From NCBI GenBank assembly GCA_001724265.1, contig MEDY01000297.1, positions 1 to 64,000 on the forward strand: a DNA stretch of 64,000 nt. The letters are read 5' to 3'. Of the stretch, positions 40,001 to 52,200 are shown one piece after another. This DNA comes from Rhizaria sp. SCN 62-66 (lineage: Eukaryota). How positions within the stretch are numbered: the stretch's first letter is position 1; every line of letters starts with the position of its first letter. The position numbers and the translations under genes are program-made. The notes under the pieces were generated by a model that searched no databases, was not told the origin of the DNA, and saw only the letters and a program-made list of their open reading frames with translations.

Positions 40001-40862
40001 CTGCTGAGGTTGAGGAGACTGCGACTAGGTCTGGATCTGATTCTGTGGGAGCTTAGGGGGAGTCTTCTGAGCCTGTTGAGGCTGAGGCTGGGGCTGAGAC
40101 TGAGGATGAGGCTGAGTATAAGCCTGGGGCTAGGTCTGAGCCTGGGGCTGAGGCTGGGTTTGGGCTTGGTTCTGAGCTGCCTGCAGTAGGTTGTTAAAGT
40201 GACTCGTGACGCTCAAGCTGCTCGTATTGATCGGCGCGCTGGAAGTACTGCTACGAGCGGCTGCGCTTGAATTCGCACTCACATTCGAGTTACTTGCGCC
40301 CGCAATCGCGCTCACGTCGTTGGTCGAGCTCGAGCTAGCGCTGCCGTTATGGGCGACCGCGCCCTCAACAATGTCGTTGTTCTTGCGGCCCTCCTTTGCG
40401 AGGTACACGGGGACGTAGGTGCATGTGGGCCGCACACGCAGCAGCTGCGAGCGCGCGAAGTGGAACGCGCCGTCGCAGAGCACCGCGGCAATGCCTTGGC
40501 CCCTGTGAAAGGTCGTTCAGTACAGTGCAAGTATAACAAGATGGCGCGTGTGAGCTCGAGATAGCTACGATGTATCCCGAACTAAGATGCTGAATGTTCT
40601 TGTCAAGGCCAACGTACCGGTGGGACTTGGGAACAAAGGTGTGAATAATGTCGAGCACAACGTCGCCGTTGGGTGTCGAGACGAGGTTATACTGCAACAG
40701 CGCCGTTGCCGAAGAGGAAGACTGTGGCTGCCGCGCGCTAGCTGCTGTCGCTGCGGTGAGTGAGATGCGGAACTCGCCGCTCTGCTGGTCCACCGCGGGC
40801 ACATGGCGCACGTCGCGCCAGGTGTACGGCGCCGGCGCAGCACGCGGGGCCGTGGAAGACAT
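34095..40862 (-). CDS. PARG: Poly(ADP-ribose) glycohydrolase with an N-terminal NATD1/YjdJ-like GNAT domain; two in-frame TAGs and one apparent frameshift near 38730
   Basis: Exon 40862-40618, intron 40617-40503, then continuous coding sequence. GNAT motif HTFVPKSHRGQGIA..VRPTCTYV. PARG motifs VASLLACALFG, AKLDCVFQYF, catalytic DFANKFLGGG..VQEEILF..PEC and TGNWGCGAFGGD. TAGs at 40130-40132 and 40025-40027. Stop TGA. The PARG core (34095-38597) is secure; the fusion is less certain. Confidence 0.75.
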
Positions 40863-41354
40863 CTCGTAGATTCAACACAACGACACGCAAGGCGCGCTTT
40901 GCTTAACTGTCTTTCTGGACAGCAAGTAGCAAGACATGAGAAAGACTTGGTGAGATGTTAGTAAGTGATACAAGTAGGAAACTACGGATTTAATTTGTAA
41001 CTAGTGTGATATACCCACTGACGGATGTTTTATGGCAGATATAGCACCCCCGATTCGACATCACTTGAGGGCGGGCGATCCAATCGCCCTGAAAAGTATT
41101 TGTGGTCGAAACGTTTTTCGGCCCTTACCAAATTGTATTTACGCTTCGACAAACAAGAAGAGAGCGCGGGACGGGAATCGATTGATACACGTGAGTCTGA
41201 CCGTCAGTAGCATATTCATTCACATATCGCGTTTAAATTGCGATTCAATACTTCCACACTACATATATTCTCTATAAGCGGTCAAAATTTCCTCTAACAA
41301 TCCCGCCTTCGCCCCACCCCTTGCTCCCCTCGCACCCCACGCCTAGCGCTCGTC

Positions 41355-43738
41355 ATGTGGGGCTCTTCCGAGGCTCTCACGGCGCTCAAGTCGAAGCTGT
41401 CTTCGACGCCCGCCACCACCGACGTCAGCCGCACCCGCGTCGCGAACACATTTAACCTGCAGCACCGCGCTCAGGAGGAAGAGGCCGCCGCCGCCGCCGC
41501 CGCTGCGGATAGTACGGCTGTGGCCTCCTCGTCCGTCGTCTCGCGCTCCGCCAGCAACAAGGCCGCCGCGGCAGCCGGCGTCGACGCCACCGGCGCTGCC
41601 GGCGCCGAGGGCGCGACGCCCCTGCTGGCCGTGGCCGTCCCGATCATCCAGACCGTCGGCGACGCCGCCCCTCACCCCACCTCAGAGACCGCCAACGCCA
41701 CCGGCGGCGCCAGTGCGATCTTGAACGGCTGCACCGTGCGGTCCGTGGTGCTGGACGCGGGCTCCTTCCTGGGCAGCGCGCGCGTGGAGCGGCTGGGCCC
41801 TGACGTGAACTACTACACGATCGACGAGGTCGTGACCGAGATCAAGGATCCGCGCTCTAAGGCCCTCTACGACGCGTTCCCGTACCCGATCCGCATCGCA
41901 CCCGTGTTCCTTTCGTCCCTCCGCGCGGTGTCCGAGGCCAGCAAGGCCACGGGCGACTACTACGCGCTCTCGGCTGTGGACCGCAAGGTGATGGCGCTGG
42001 CGTACCAGCTCGAGGTCGCGGCCCATGGCATGGCCAACCTCAACCAGCACGCCGCCTCGGCCGCCGCCGCCGGGACTAAGCCCGCGCGCCGCCTCAACAA
42101 GCCCAAGGCTAAGGACAACGCCACCACCAAGAGCGGGGCGAGTGCCGAGAACGATGACGACGAGGAGGACGCGGAGGTGGTTGCCTACGCGCGGCTCTGC
42201 GACGACGTCTCCGTCGCCCCCTTCGACGCCTCCCTGTTCGTGACGGCGACGGCCGAGGACTACTGGAGCTTCGCAGGGGTCGATGCCGCCGCCGCCGCCG
42301 CCGAGGAGGCCACCGCGCTCGCTACCGCCACCGCCACTGCCGCTGCCGCCGCGACTGCCGCCGCCGCTGCCGCTGCCGCTGCTGCCGCCCCTGCTGCCGA
42401 GAAGGCCTCCACTCCCGCGAACAGTCACAGTAACGCCGCCCATAGTACCGAGGCGGGCGCCGACGACGGCGAGTGGACCGCTGCTCCTTCCAAGAAGGCC
42501 GCCCCCAAGAAGGACGCCAACGGCAATGGCAACACCGCCAAGAACGCCGCCAAGCCCCAGGCCATCCCGGGCTTCGGCTCGGGCGACTGGGTCACTCCGC
42601 AGATGCTCGGCGTCAAGGCTAAGTACGTCCACATATAGCGCAGCTTTCATGCATTATTATTTCGCTTTAGTTCTATGTAATTCTGTAGTAATTTTCGTAT
42701 ATCACGATTTGTGTTTCTCTAAGCTCACATGTTTCACTTGTTCCGCTAACTTTGTGCTGTTGCGCTCTCCCTAGGCCCAAGGCCCCCGCCGCTCCTGCCG
42801 CCGCCGCTGCGGCGCCCGAGGAGGCCGGCGAAGGCAAGAAGAAGGGCAAGAAGGGCAAGAAGGCCGCCCTGCCCGCCGCCGCCAGCGCCGCCGCCGTGGC
42901 CGCCGCCGCCGCCGCCGCCGACGCCGCCGTGTCCGGCCAGGCCAGCGCCGCTGCAACTGCGGCTGTGGGCCCTGCCCCGGCCTCTGCTGCCACCGCCGCC
43001 GCCGCTGCTGCCGCTGCGACCCCCACCGATTCCGCCTCTGCGACCGCCAAGACTTCGCTCTCCGCCAGCGCTGCTCCCTACACTGCGTCTGCGTCTGCGG
43101 CCCAGCTGGCGACGGAGGCGTTCTTCTCGGGCGGCGCCGCGGGCTCCGACTCGCTCCCCGCGCACGTGTCTGCGAAGCTCCCGCGCTCGCGCTCGACGGT
43201 GGCATGCTTGACGCACGACCTCTCGATTCAGAACTCGCTGCTCCACTGCGGGCTGCGTGTGCTGACGGGGCAGGCCGCGCTGGCCGTGCAGCAGGAGCGT
43301 CGCTTTGTGCTGCGCTGCTCGTCGTGCTTCACCGTGTGCGGCGACATGGGCCGCCAGTTCTGCCCCAGCTGTGGTGGCCACACGCTCTACCGCGCCTCGG
43401 TGCACACCAACGCGCGTGGCGAGGAGAGCTACCGCTGGCGCGAGGGCTTCCGCCAGATGTCGACCAAGCGCGGCACGCGGTACGCGATCCCGACAATGCT
43501 GGGCGGGAACATTGGCAAGCGGCAGGACCTGAAGCTGCGCGAGGACATGATGCCGATGCGGCGCCGCAGGGACGTCAAGGCCGAGGAAGCGGACCGCCTG
43601 GGCGTGCTGGCCTCCACCGAGGGCGGCTTCGAGGGCGTCGGCGCGCACTTCGGCTACGTGCGCAACGAGCGTAGGGCCGAGGCCGTCGTCGGCTACGGCA
43701 GGAAGAACCCCAACCAGGTCCGCAAGTTCAAGGGCTAA
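41355..43738 (+). CDS. NOB1: 20S pre-rRNA endonuclease NOB1
   Basis: Exons 41355-42622 and 42775-43738. PIN domain VVLDAGSFL, VVTEIKD, TGDYYALSAVD; WVTP; VACLTHDLSIQN; Zn ribbon LRCSSCF..FCPSCG; GRKNPN. Stop TAA. Confidence 0.92.
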
Positions 43739-44275
43739 GCGAAGCTAAGAAAATCAGCTCTTGGGCTGACGGTTCTGCTTATTTGTTATATGCTTAGGGA
43801 GATAGATTATTTGTTGTTCCGTGATTTTGTATGAGACTTTGTTAATCAAGAAAGAAATACATCTTATGTTGTTGTCTATTTTCTCTTCGTCAACGATCTG
43901 GATGAGCTTCAAGTGCTTTTGTGTTTGTTTGGGTCGGTCGATTTCGCTATTTTTGAGAACCACTGTTGCTCGGCGAAGCGGCGGTTGGCTCGATGGTGAG
44001 GTAACGGATTGATTTGGGACCCTCTAGAACTCGCGTTATGCTCGTTCAATTGATATGCTGGTGCTTTGTTATATAGCCAAACGATAGTATTGCGCTAGTT
44101 CTTGATATAAAATTCCCTGAATGCGTGATTATCCCTTCAAAATCGCATCCTCTAGTCCTCACTTGACTTACTGTCTGCTCCCTCACTCGCCCCTCCTGCT
44201 TTCCCCTGCACACCCATGTAAACCGATTCTTACTACTTTTCTAGCGCTTGTAAGCGTAGATTAATTGCGCCCAGC

Positions 44276-46103
44276 ATGGCTGACGAAGGAGGCTTCGTGA
44301 GCTTCAAGGGCGTCATGCTCTGCAGCCGGCCCCCTGTCGTGGCCGCGCCCCCCCCCCGCATTGAGTAAGTTATATAACATTCTATTCTCTAGCGTCTCTA
44401 TACACTCACTGTATAGGGTCCTTTTATGCTAGTCATATATAACACGCTGCTTAATATTTATAACCTGACATGTACTCAAGAATGTCACGATGTGACCGCT
44501 CTAGACCTCGACATATCCCCAACTCACTTTCCCTTAACTGCTTCGCCGCCTTTCTGGTTCTCTCCTCTTCAGCGAGGGCATGGTCAAGATGCTGAACCGC
44601 CCCGCGTTCGTCTCGACGATCCAGGTTGAGTCCGCGCCCGGGCTTGCCCCCGTGCGGTCCCAGGCGCGTCCGCAGCCGACGTCAAAACCCAAGGGCAGCG
44701 ACGTGACCTACCGCCACAAGCAGTGGTTGGCCAAGCTGCAGACCGAGCAGTCGGCGCTCAACGACATGCTTCAGGCGCGTGCGGATAAGCTGGAGGAGAC
44801 GAAGCGCAAGCTTGCGGCCAAGGCCACCGCTGAGCGCAGCGCCATCCGCACGATCAACGCCGACGACACGCTGACCGACGAGCAGCGGACCGTGATGCTC
44901 GCCGCCGTCGTGGACCCCAAGAACAAGGCCAATGACCCCGCCGTCGCTGCCACGATGCGCTCCCCCGTCGGCGTCGCCGCGACCGAGGGCGCCAGCACCA
45001 CATACGAGCCCACCTCGGCGCCTCCGCCGTCCAATAGCAACAAGCAGCCCCCCACGGCCACGTCGAGCAGCTCCAGCTCTGCAGCCAGCGTGGTCGCCGC
45101 CGCGTCAGCGGCCGCGTCTGCCGCCCCGCGGCAGTGGGTGCGCCGTGCACGCGCCGCGAAGCCCGCCTGGGCGCAGACTGAGGCCGAGAGTGAAGAGGCG
45201 CAGGACGCCGAGGCCGACGAACTGCTGTCCTTCGCCGCGGGGCTGGACTACGACCGCTACCTCGAGGACGTTGAGGTCCGCGAGGCGCTGAACGTACGGA
45301 TTACTATCACATAACAAATATCTTCGATAATATCAATTAAGACTTACTTTGTTCATGACTTGCAAGGAACTTGATCTCACTTCATTCTTCTCTTTTCCTT
45401 CTGGCACTATCGCTCTTCTTCCTGCTTTCGCTTTGCTTGCATACAGTTTGTGAAGCGCAAGGTGCGCAACGTGGAGCTCGAGCGCGAGCGCGCGCGTCTG
45501 TCCGCTGACGCCGCCCGCCGCAAGGCGCAGGCGCAGGCGCGCGGTGAAGTCGGCGCCGACGACGACCAGTTCGAGTGGGTCGAGCTCGACGCCGACGGGC
45601 TCACCGCAGAGGAGGCGATGCTCAAGCGCAGGGCCGACATGCTCTCGCGCATCAACAGTGGCAACGGCGGTGTCAATGGCAACGCGGCGTAGCTGGAGGC
45701 CGGCTGGAACAACAGCACGCGCACTGACGGGTACAACGGCGCCGGTGCGCGGACGCCGGTTGTCGGCGACATCAAGTCAGGCCGCCCCGGGATCGGCAAG
45801 GTGCACTCTGACGCCTCGATCAAGGCCGTCGCCGACCGCCTTGCGCTTGCACAAACCACTGCGAGCAGCAGCAGCAGCAGCAGCAGCGCGAACGGCAGCG
45901 GCGGGATGGGGGCCGCGATCGTGCCGCCCAAGGTCGTGGTCATCTCCCCGACCGACGGGACCGTGATGAACGCCTCCGCCGCCGGCACCGAAGGCGGCGG
46001 CAGCAACGACAGCAGCGTGAGCGGCGGGGCGCAGGCCCGGAAGGCGGCGCGCGAGCAGCGGGTGTCGGGACTGCCGTACCTGTACCGCAACCCGGCCATT
46101 TAA
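44276..46103 (+). CDS. Hypothetical coiled-coil protein (~488 aa) with one in-frame TAG
   Basis: Exons 44276-44364, 44573-45293 and 45447-46103. Starts FKGVMLCSRP, contains KPAWAQTE and LLSFAAGLDYDRYLEDVEVR, ends LPYLYRNPAI-TAA. TAG at 45690-45692 lies mid-exon. Confidence 0.75.
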
Positions 46104-46894
46104 GGGCTGCCGCGGTCTAAGTACCTCCATGCAAGTGCAGTCAACGCAGGAAGCAAGCAAGTCGTTCGTGTGACGCTGCTGTGTGGGCTGCAAGCTGCTG
46201 TTTCTTTGTTTCATGCCGTTTCTACGTTAGTTTAGTATTGTGTTGCTTTGTCTGTTTGTTTCAAGTTATTTTATTGAAAGTGGTCGTGTTATAATTGCTG
46301 TCAAGAGCCTCCGTTATGTTATATTGAGTTAGTTTGTGTGTCATAATGCAGTGTGTCGTCCCTCACGAGTTCGTGGGTACGAGTGGGGACTTGTCGTCCG
46401 CACTGCGCCGCATTTGTTTACTTATAGAAAAGAACAGAATACATCTAATAAACGTAATATCTATGCATATTGGATATCATTCGTCTGCAGCTGGTTTCGT
46501 ACCAACTCGCCCTCAAACGCCTCAATCGTTTTGTTTCCACCACAAACCACGTTTCTGATTAAAAGGATTACTTCGTTGACTACTGGTGACGAGACCAACG
46601 CCCAAGGTGGGTTGCTGATTCGGTGGTTTAATGGGAGATATAATTCGTTGGTTTGTTCTGCGACAATGTGATTTGTCATTTAAGTTGAGTTTTCTACGTA
46701 TCTCTTACATTACACACTCGGCTTGGAGTAAATTAGCTCTCTCCCAGCCATTCCCTAGTTCGGTGATCAACGCAGTGTCCTCTCACACCCTAACCCCGCC
46801 TCCCACGCCCTTCCTGCGCTCACACCATCGCTCTCTCTTTCAATCCTCCCACCCCCGTTTCGCTCATTTGCCGCCCTACGCCGTAGCTCTGCCT

Positions 46895-47494
46895 ATGGAG
46901 CCTGACTACAACATGGACGGCAATATGAACGCCCCCGCGGCCGCAGCCGCGCCCGTCGCCGCCCCCGCGGAGAAGACGAGTCACCCCGTCGCGGTGTTTT
47001 TCCACCTCTTCTTCAAGGGCATCGCCATCTTCTGCTTCACCATCCTACGTCTCTTCACCGACTCGTTCATCGTGACTTTTATCCTCTGCATCCTCTCTCT
47101 CGCCTTCGACTTCTGGGTGGTCAAGAACATTACCGGCCGCCTTCTCGTCGGGCTGCGGTGGTGGAACGAGATCCTCGAAGACGGCTCCAACAAGTGGGTC
47201 TTCGAGTCTCGCTCCGACGGCAAGGTCGTCTCGCGCTACGACTCGCTCATCTTCTGGGGCGGCATCTACCTTACCCCGCCCGCGTGGGTCGTCCTGGGCC
47301 TCCTCTTCTCGGGCTTCTCCGTCCAGTGGCTCATCATCGTCATCGTCGCTCTCGTGCTGTCGGTCGCCAACCTCGCGGGCTACTGGAAGTGCCAGAAGGA
47401 CGCCTCCGTTAAGCTCAAGCGCTTCCTCGCCACCACCGTCGTCACCGCGGCCGTCAACAACATGAACCAGCCCCAGGGCGGCAACAACGCCTAA
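46895..47494 (+). CDS. TVP23: Golgi membrane protein TVP23 (DUF846)
   Basis: Intronless. Motifs HPVAVFFHLFFK and DFWVVKNITGRLLVGLRWWN..WVFES. Stop TAA. Confidence 0.93.
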   Translation: MEPDYNMDGNMNAPAAAAAPVAAPAEKTSHPVAVFFHLFFKGIAIFCFTILRLFTDSFIVTFILCILSLAFDFWVVKNITGRLLVGLRWWNEILEDGSNKWVFESRSDGKVVSRYDSLIFWGGIYLTPPAWVVLGLLFSGFSVQWLIIVIVALVLSVANLAGYWKCQKDASVKLKRFLATTVVTAAVNNMNQPQGGNNA

Positions 47495-48173
47495 GTAAAA
47501 CAACAAGCAACAAAGAATGCATCATAGTCTTAACGGCTACGAGAAGAGTCATCAGCTTCCTTGCGGAGTAAGATTGGCTACGTTGAACTCTTTGCTTGTG
47601 TCGCGTTTGTATGAACAATGCGATGTTGTATTATTATTGTTTTGGTTATCTAGCATTTTATTTTATGTATTTGTATTTGCAGATCCCTGACACTGTCTCT
47701 CCAGTCACTCCAATTCACTCGCATTGATGCCTGTTGCGAGTTATGTTGACTGATAGTGCTCTCGTGTTTGATGCATCTTTGGAGTATTTCTAGTATATTA
47801 TATGTCGATAAGTATTGTTTAGGTTCAATACACTCAAGATTACCTCGATCGTCATATACGAGTCTGGTTTGTTCGAGAAAGTGTATTAACGCAGAGCCGC
47901 TACTCTTTAAATCTGGAAGTGTTCTTCAAAATCCTGCACGGCACAGCTACCTAGCATGAATGCAGTGGCCGTGACCTATATTTGGCCTTATTAAGCGCCG
48001 TTGCGCTCACTTAACATGCAAGCCGGCCCACAGCAAGTCAAACTGTCATTCAGTCACGCACGCATGATAGGGGCGCATCATTGACAACGCATCTCACAGT
48101 CGAGTGGTATCACACTCGCACTCGTGTACCATAGTCCCTGTGCCTTGCTGCCCGCATTATTCGATAGCCCGCC

Positions 48174-48718
48174 TCAGTTGGCGTTGGCACTGTTGTCCTC
48201 GTCCTCGTACTCGACGAAGTCCTCGGGGTCGTAGACTACTTGGATGCGCAGCGAGCAGCTGGGGCAGGTCGCGATGTCCTCGCCGTTCTTCAGGTCCTTG
48301 AGCGTGATGTAAAACTTGTCGCCGCAGGGGCACGGGTAGAAGTACGCCTCCTAGAGTGGAAAGCAGAGTCGCAGCGAGGGGCGAGAGAGTAAAGACCGAC
48401 GAGAAGGGGTGAGCAACAGAGAAGACAGTAATGACAACTCAAGACACTATACGACGATATACCGCAGTAAAACTAAGATAAAGCATCGAAAAATGTGTAG
48501 AGTGTCCGAAAAGCATAGTTTTATATCGACAACAAAGAGTTGACCTGACAAACTGCTCCGTTTTGCGTGGGTTGCCGTACCTGGTCCTCGTCGAACTCCA
48601 TGTCTTCGATCTCAACGCGGTCGTAGACGCCCGTGTCATCGTCGTTGGCGAGGCCGAGGAGCTCAATCGGGATAATCTCCACGCCGTCCTTCGTCTTCTT
48701 GGGCTCGGGGGCGGACAT
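48174..48718 (-). CDS. DPH3: Diphthamide biosynthesis protein 3 / KTI11 (CSL zinc finger)
   Basis: Exons 48718-48581 and 48350-48174 give [45 protein letters not shown]. Stop TGA. Exon 2 is missing from the ORF track. Confidence 0.93.
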
Positions 48719-49281
48719 TGGGGCTGGGGGCAAGCGCGGCGCAGCAGAGGAGGGGTCGCGGGGTGGGAGTGGTGGGGGCTGTGTGCGTAGCGCGGGGAAT
48801 TATGTGCAGCGCACGGGTATGACCGTGGATAGGGTTATTACAAGAAAGCAGATGAGCTCACTGTGCAAAAAGTATTGCTTCAAAATTGTGCATCTAGTGG
48901 ACGTCTTGGTATGGTACTGAGCTTGCTTTTGCTTAACCGCTAAGAGCCCCTCAGTCTCACCGCGGCCAAGTCTGCAGACCAGCTGTGGTGGGACGCTTTC
49001 CGAGCTAATTCTGGGTTCTAACATTGCTTAACAGCGTAGTTGCACAAATAATTGATTTTAAAGTTCTTTTAACTAGTAGTTTCTAAGCTTGCACACTCTA
49101 ACCCTGAGTATGTTCTGTTATATTTCCGGCTTTGTCGCACCCCGGCGCCAACGGCTAGATCTCACCATGCATTCTTCTTCCCTCTTCTCTACAGCTTGTA
49201 TTTATTATTGAGTCCACAAGCTCGATCTGTATCAAGTTTATACAACTCTTGTATTTGTGCTTTTGGTATTGAAATACCCTT

Positions 49282-52200
49282 ATGTCGCGTTCACGCGGTT
49301 CCACAGCTGTTGCTGCAGCACGCAGCAGCAGCAACAGCAACAGCAACAGCAGCTCTCTGAAAGAAGCTGAGGCTGCCGATGCGGCGCCCATAGCAGCGAC
49401 TGCGCCCGCGTTCACCCGTGCGCTGTCGCTGGTCCCCGCCTCCGCGGCCCATGGACGGTACTTCGGCCCCCGCGGGCTGCTGCTGGCCGCCACAGAGGCC
49501 TTGCTCACGGTCGCGTTGCTGCCCCACCAGCGGCAGGGGCTGGGCTGGCTCTGGCACCGGGAGCGCTGCTGCGCCTCCGCCGTTACCACAGCGCCTGCTA
49601 CATCAACAGCAGCGGCAGCAGCGACTGCGGCAGGCTTGCTGTTGCGCGCCGCGCCGGCGCCGCCGCTGTCGGTGCGCGGGGGGATCCTGGCCGACGACTG
49701 TGGGCTGGGCAAGACGCTGCAGGTCATTGCGCTGGCGGTAAGCGACAGGATCCACTTACACGGGCTGAGTGTCCCCTCAGACGCTGAGAGCCGAAGCGCC
49801 GCCGCGGAGGCCAGTGCAAGCCCAGAAGGAGACCGGAGTCCGAACACCTCCGATGCCGATGACGATGCTACGAGGACTGTGTTAAGCGAAAACGTGCTTC
49901 TAAGTGCTCTAAAAGGCGGTGCGCGCGTGTCTCCCGCGTGGTTTCCGCCCGACAATGTAAGTGCGGCAGGTGCAAGTGTAAGTGCCCCGAAGGCGGGCAC
50001 GCTGATCGTGGTGCCACCGGTGCTGTTAGCCCAGTGGCGCGCCGAGATCGCCAGGTTCGTGCGGCCAACGCTGCCGACGGTAGCTACTGAGAGCAGCAGC
50101 GCTCCTGTCAGCAACAGCGCTACGAAGGCTGAAGCGATGACAAACACTCAAGCGAAAACTAAGGTTGGCTCAAAGGCTAAGGCGAAGACTCCGACCTCGG
50201 CTAAGCGCAACGCTCGTGTTCTTGTTGATTCTGACAGTGACAATACCAGCAGCAGCAGCAGCAGCAGCAGCAGTAGCGGCGACAGCGACAGCGACGAGAC
50301 CGCTGACAGCGACTCAGACAGCGGAAGCGAGAGTAGCAGCGGCCACAGCGAGGGCGAGAGTGGCAGTGACAGCCGTCGCCGCAGCAAGAAAACCACCACA
50401 AAGAAAAGCTCTGGCAACAAGCTTGATTCTCGCAAACGATCCTATAGCAACGATGCGGGGGCTGCTCCACCGCCGCAGCCGCTGCGCCGCGGGCCTGTGG
50501 TTCAGTCCTTCCTGGAGGCGGTGCGCCGCGATGGCAGCGCGGTGCAGTGCAAGCTGACCGTGAGCACGACGCTCGACCTGACTGACCCGGACCAGGCCGC
50601 AGCCACCGACAAAAGCAATGGGGATGATGAGGGCAGCATCGTTAGCACTGATAGTGTCAGTGCAGACGAGGCTGATGTTGTTGCTGGAGGCGATTGGCGG
50701 CCTATTTGCGTCGCAACAACGAAAGTGAGTGCGACTTCAAAAGACGCATATCCTGAGACTGTCACTAAAACAGAGACTAAGACAAAGACAAAGGTTGTTA
50801 GGCCAAAGGATGGCAGCATTGAGCAGCAGCATCAGTGGTGCATGGAGGCTATCCTCGCGCAAAGCGGCTTAACTCCAGCTCTGGATGGCATTACTTCTGC
50901 ACCGGTTGCAGCTGCAGCCTTCTTTGACTTGCACCCAGTCTCAAACAATAACAGCATGAACTACAGCAGCATCATCACCGATTGCGAGCTTGACAGTAGA
51001 AAGCTTGCTACCAACTTAGATTGCGATAAGTCGAAATATCCTGTCACAGTCACCGTTCCCGGCCAAGCGGATGCCAGTAACACTGCCAATGCTGATCTCA
51101 CCGCCAAGGCTCGGAGCGATATTGCCGACTTCGCTGCTCGTGCCGCTGCTGTGGCCGCTGCCGACGCCAAAGCAAAGCGGCTTAACTTGCCCGTGCCCCC
51201 GATTGCGACTGCAACAGTGCGCGCGCTATTTCTGCGCGGCTCAAGCGCCAACAGCAGCAAGAGCAAGAACAACAAGAGTGTGAAGAGCGGAAACAGCCGC
51301 GTAAACGTCAAAGGCAAAGTCAGCAACAAAGCAAAGAGCAGGGCGATCGATGACGGCGAGGACAACAGCTGCGACATCATCGGCAACAGCGACGACTTCG
51401 ACGACAACGATGACGGCTAGAACAACGACTACGAAGACTGCGCTGCGCTCACGGCCGGGGACCTCGCCACATACGACATCGTGGTTGTATCTTACCAAAC
51501 CGTTCTCGCCGCACACAAGCTCTGGCTTTCACAGTCACAGTCTTTGCCGTCGCAACTGCAGTCTCAACAGCAACAGCAGCAGCAGCCGCCAGCGCTGTTC
51601 GGCGCGGCGTGGACGCGCGTGGTGCTCGACGAGGCGCATGTCACGCGCGCGGGCGGGGCCGTTGCGGACGCCGTGGCGGCGCTGCGAGTGCGGGCGGCCA
51701 GGAGCAAAGCTGCCGGTGCCGGCGCCAGTGCGAATCAGCAGACTAAGAGTGTCGCAATCAGTGTCGTTGACAATATTGTTGCTGCGACCGTCGCTGCGGC
51801 GTACAACAACGCGCGCGGTCACCCAACCGCTCTCATCGCTGCCCGCGGTCACTCCACGTCTGCCTTCACAGGTCAGCCGGTGCCGCAGCCTCCGCGCTTG
51901 CCGCTGCGGCCCGGCGGGCGGTGGGCGGTGACGGCCACGCCGTACAACAACGGCCTCGCGGACATGTACTTCCTGCTCGACTTCCTGCGCGTGCCCGTGC
52001 TTACGGTCGGCGGCGGCGGGCTCGCGATGGGACAGCTGTACTGCAAGCGCGAGCGGCAGCAACAACGCCAGCTTGAGAACGAGCGGGAGCGCGCGCAAGC
52101 GAGTTCCTCTGCCAAGGCGGGCTGGCTTAAGCACGAGCAGACGAGCGAGAACGACCGCGTCGCGTTCAAAGGCGGCTATGCGTCAACAGCGAGCAAGGCG

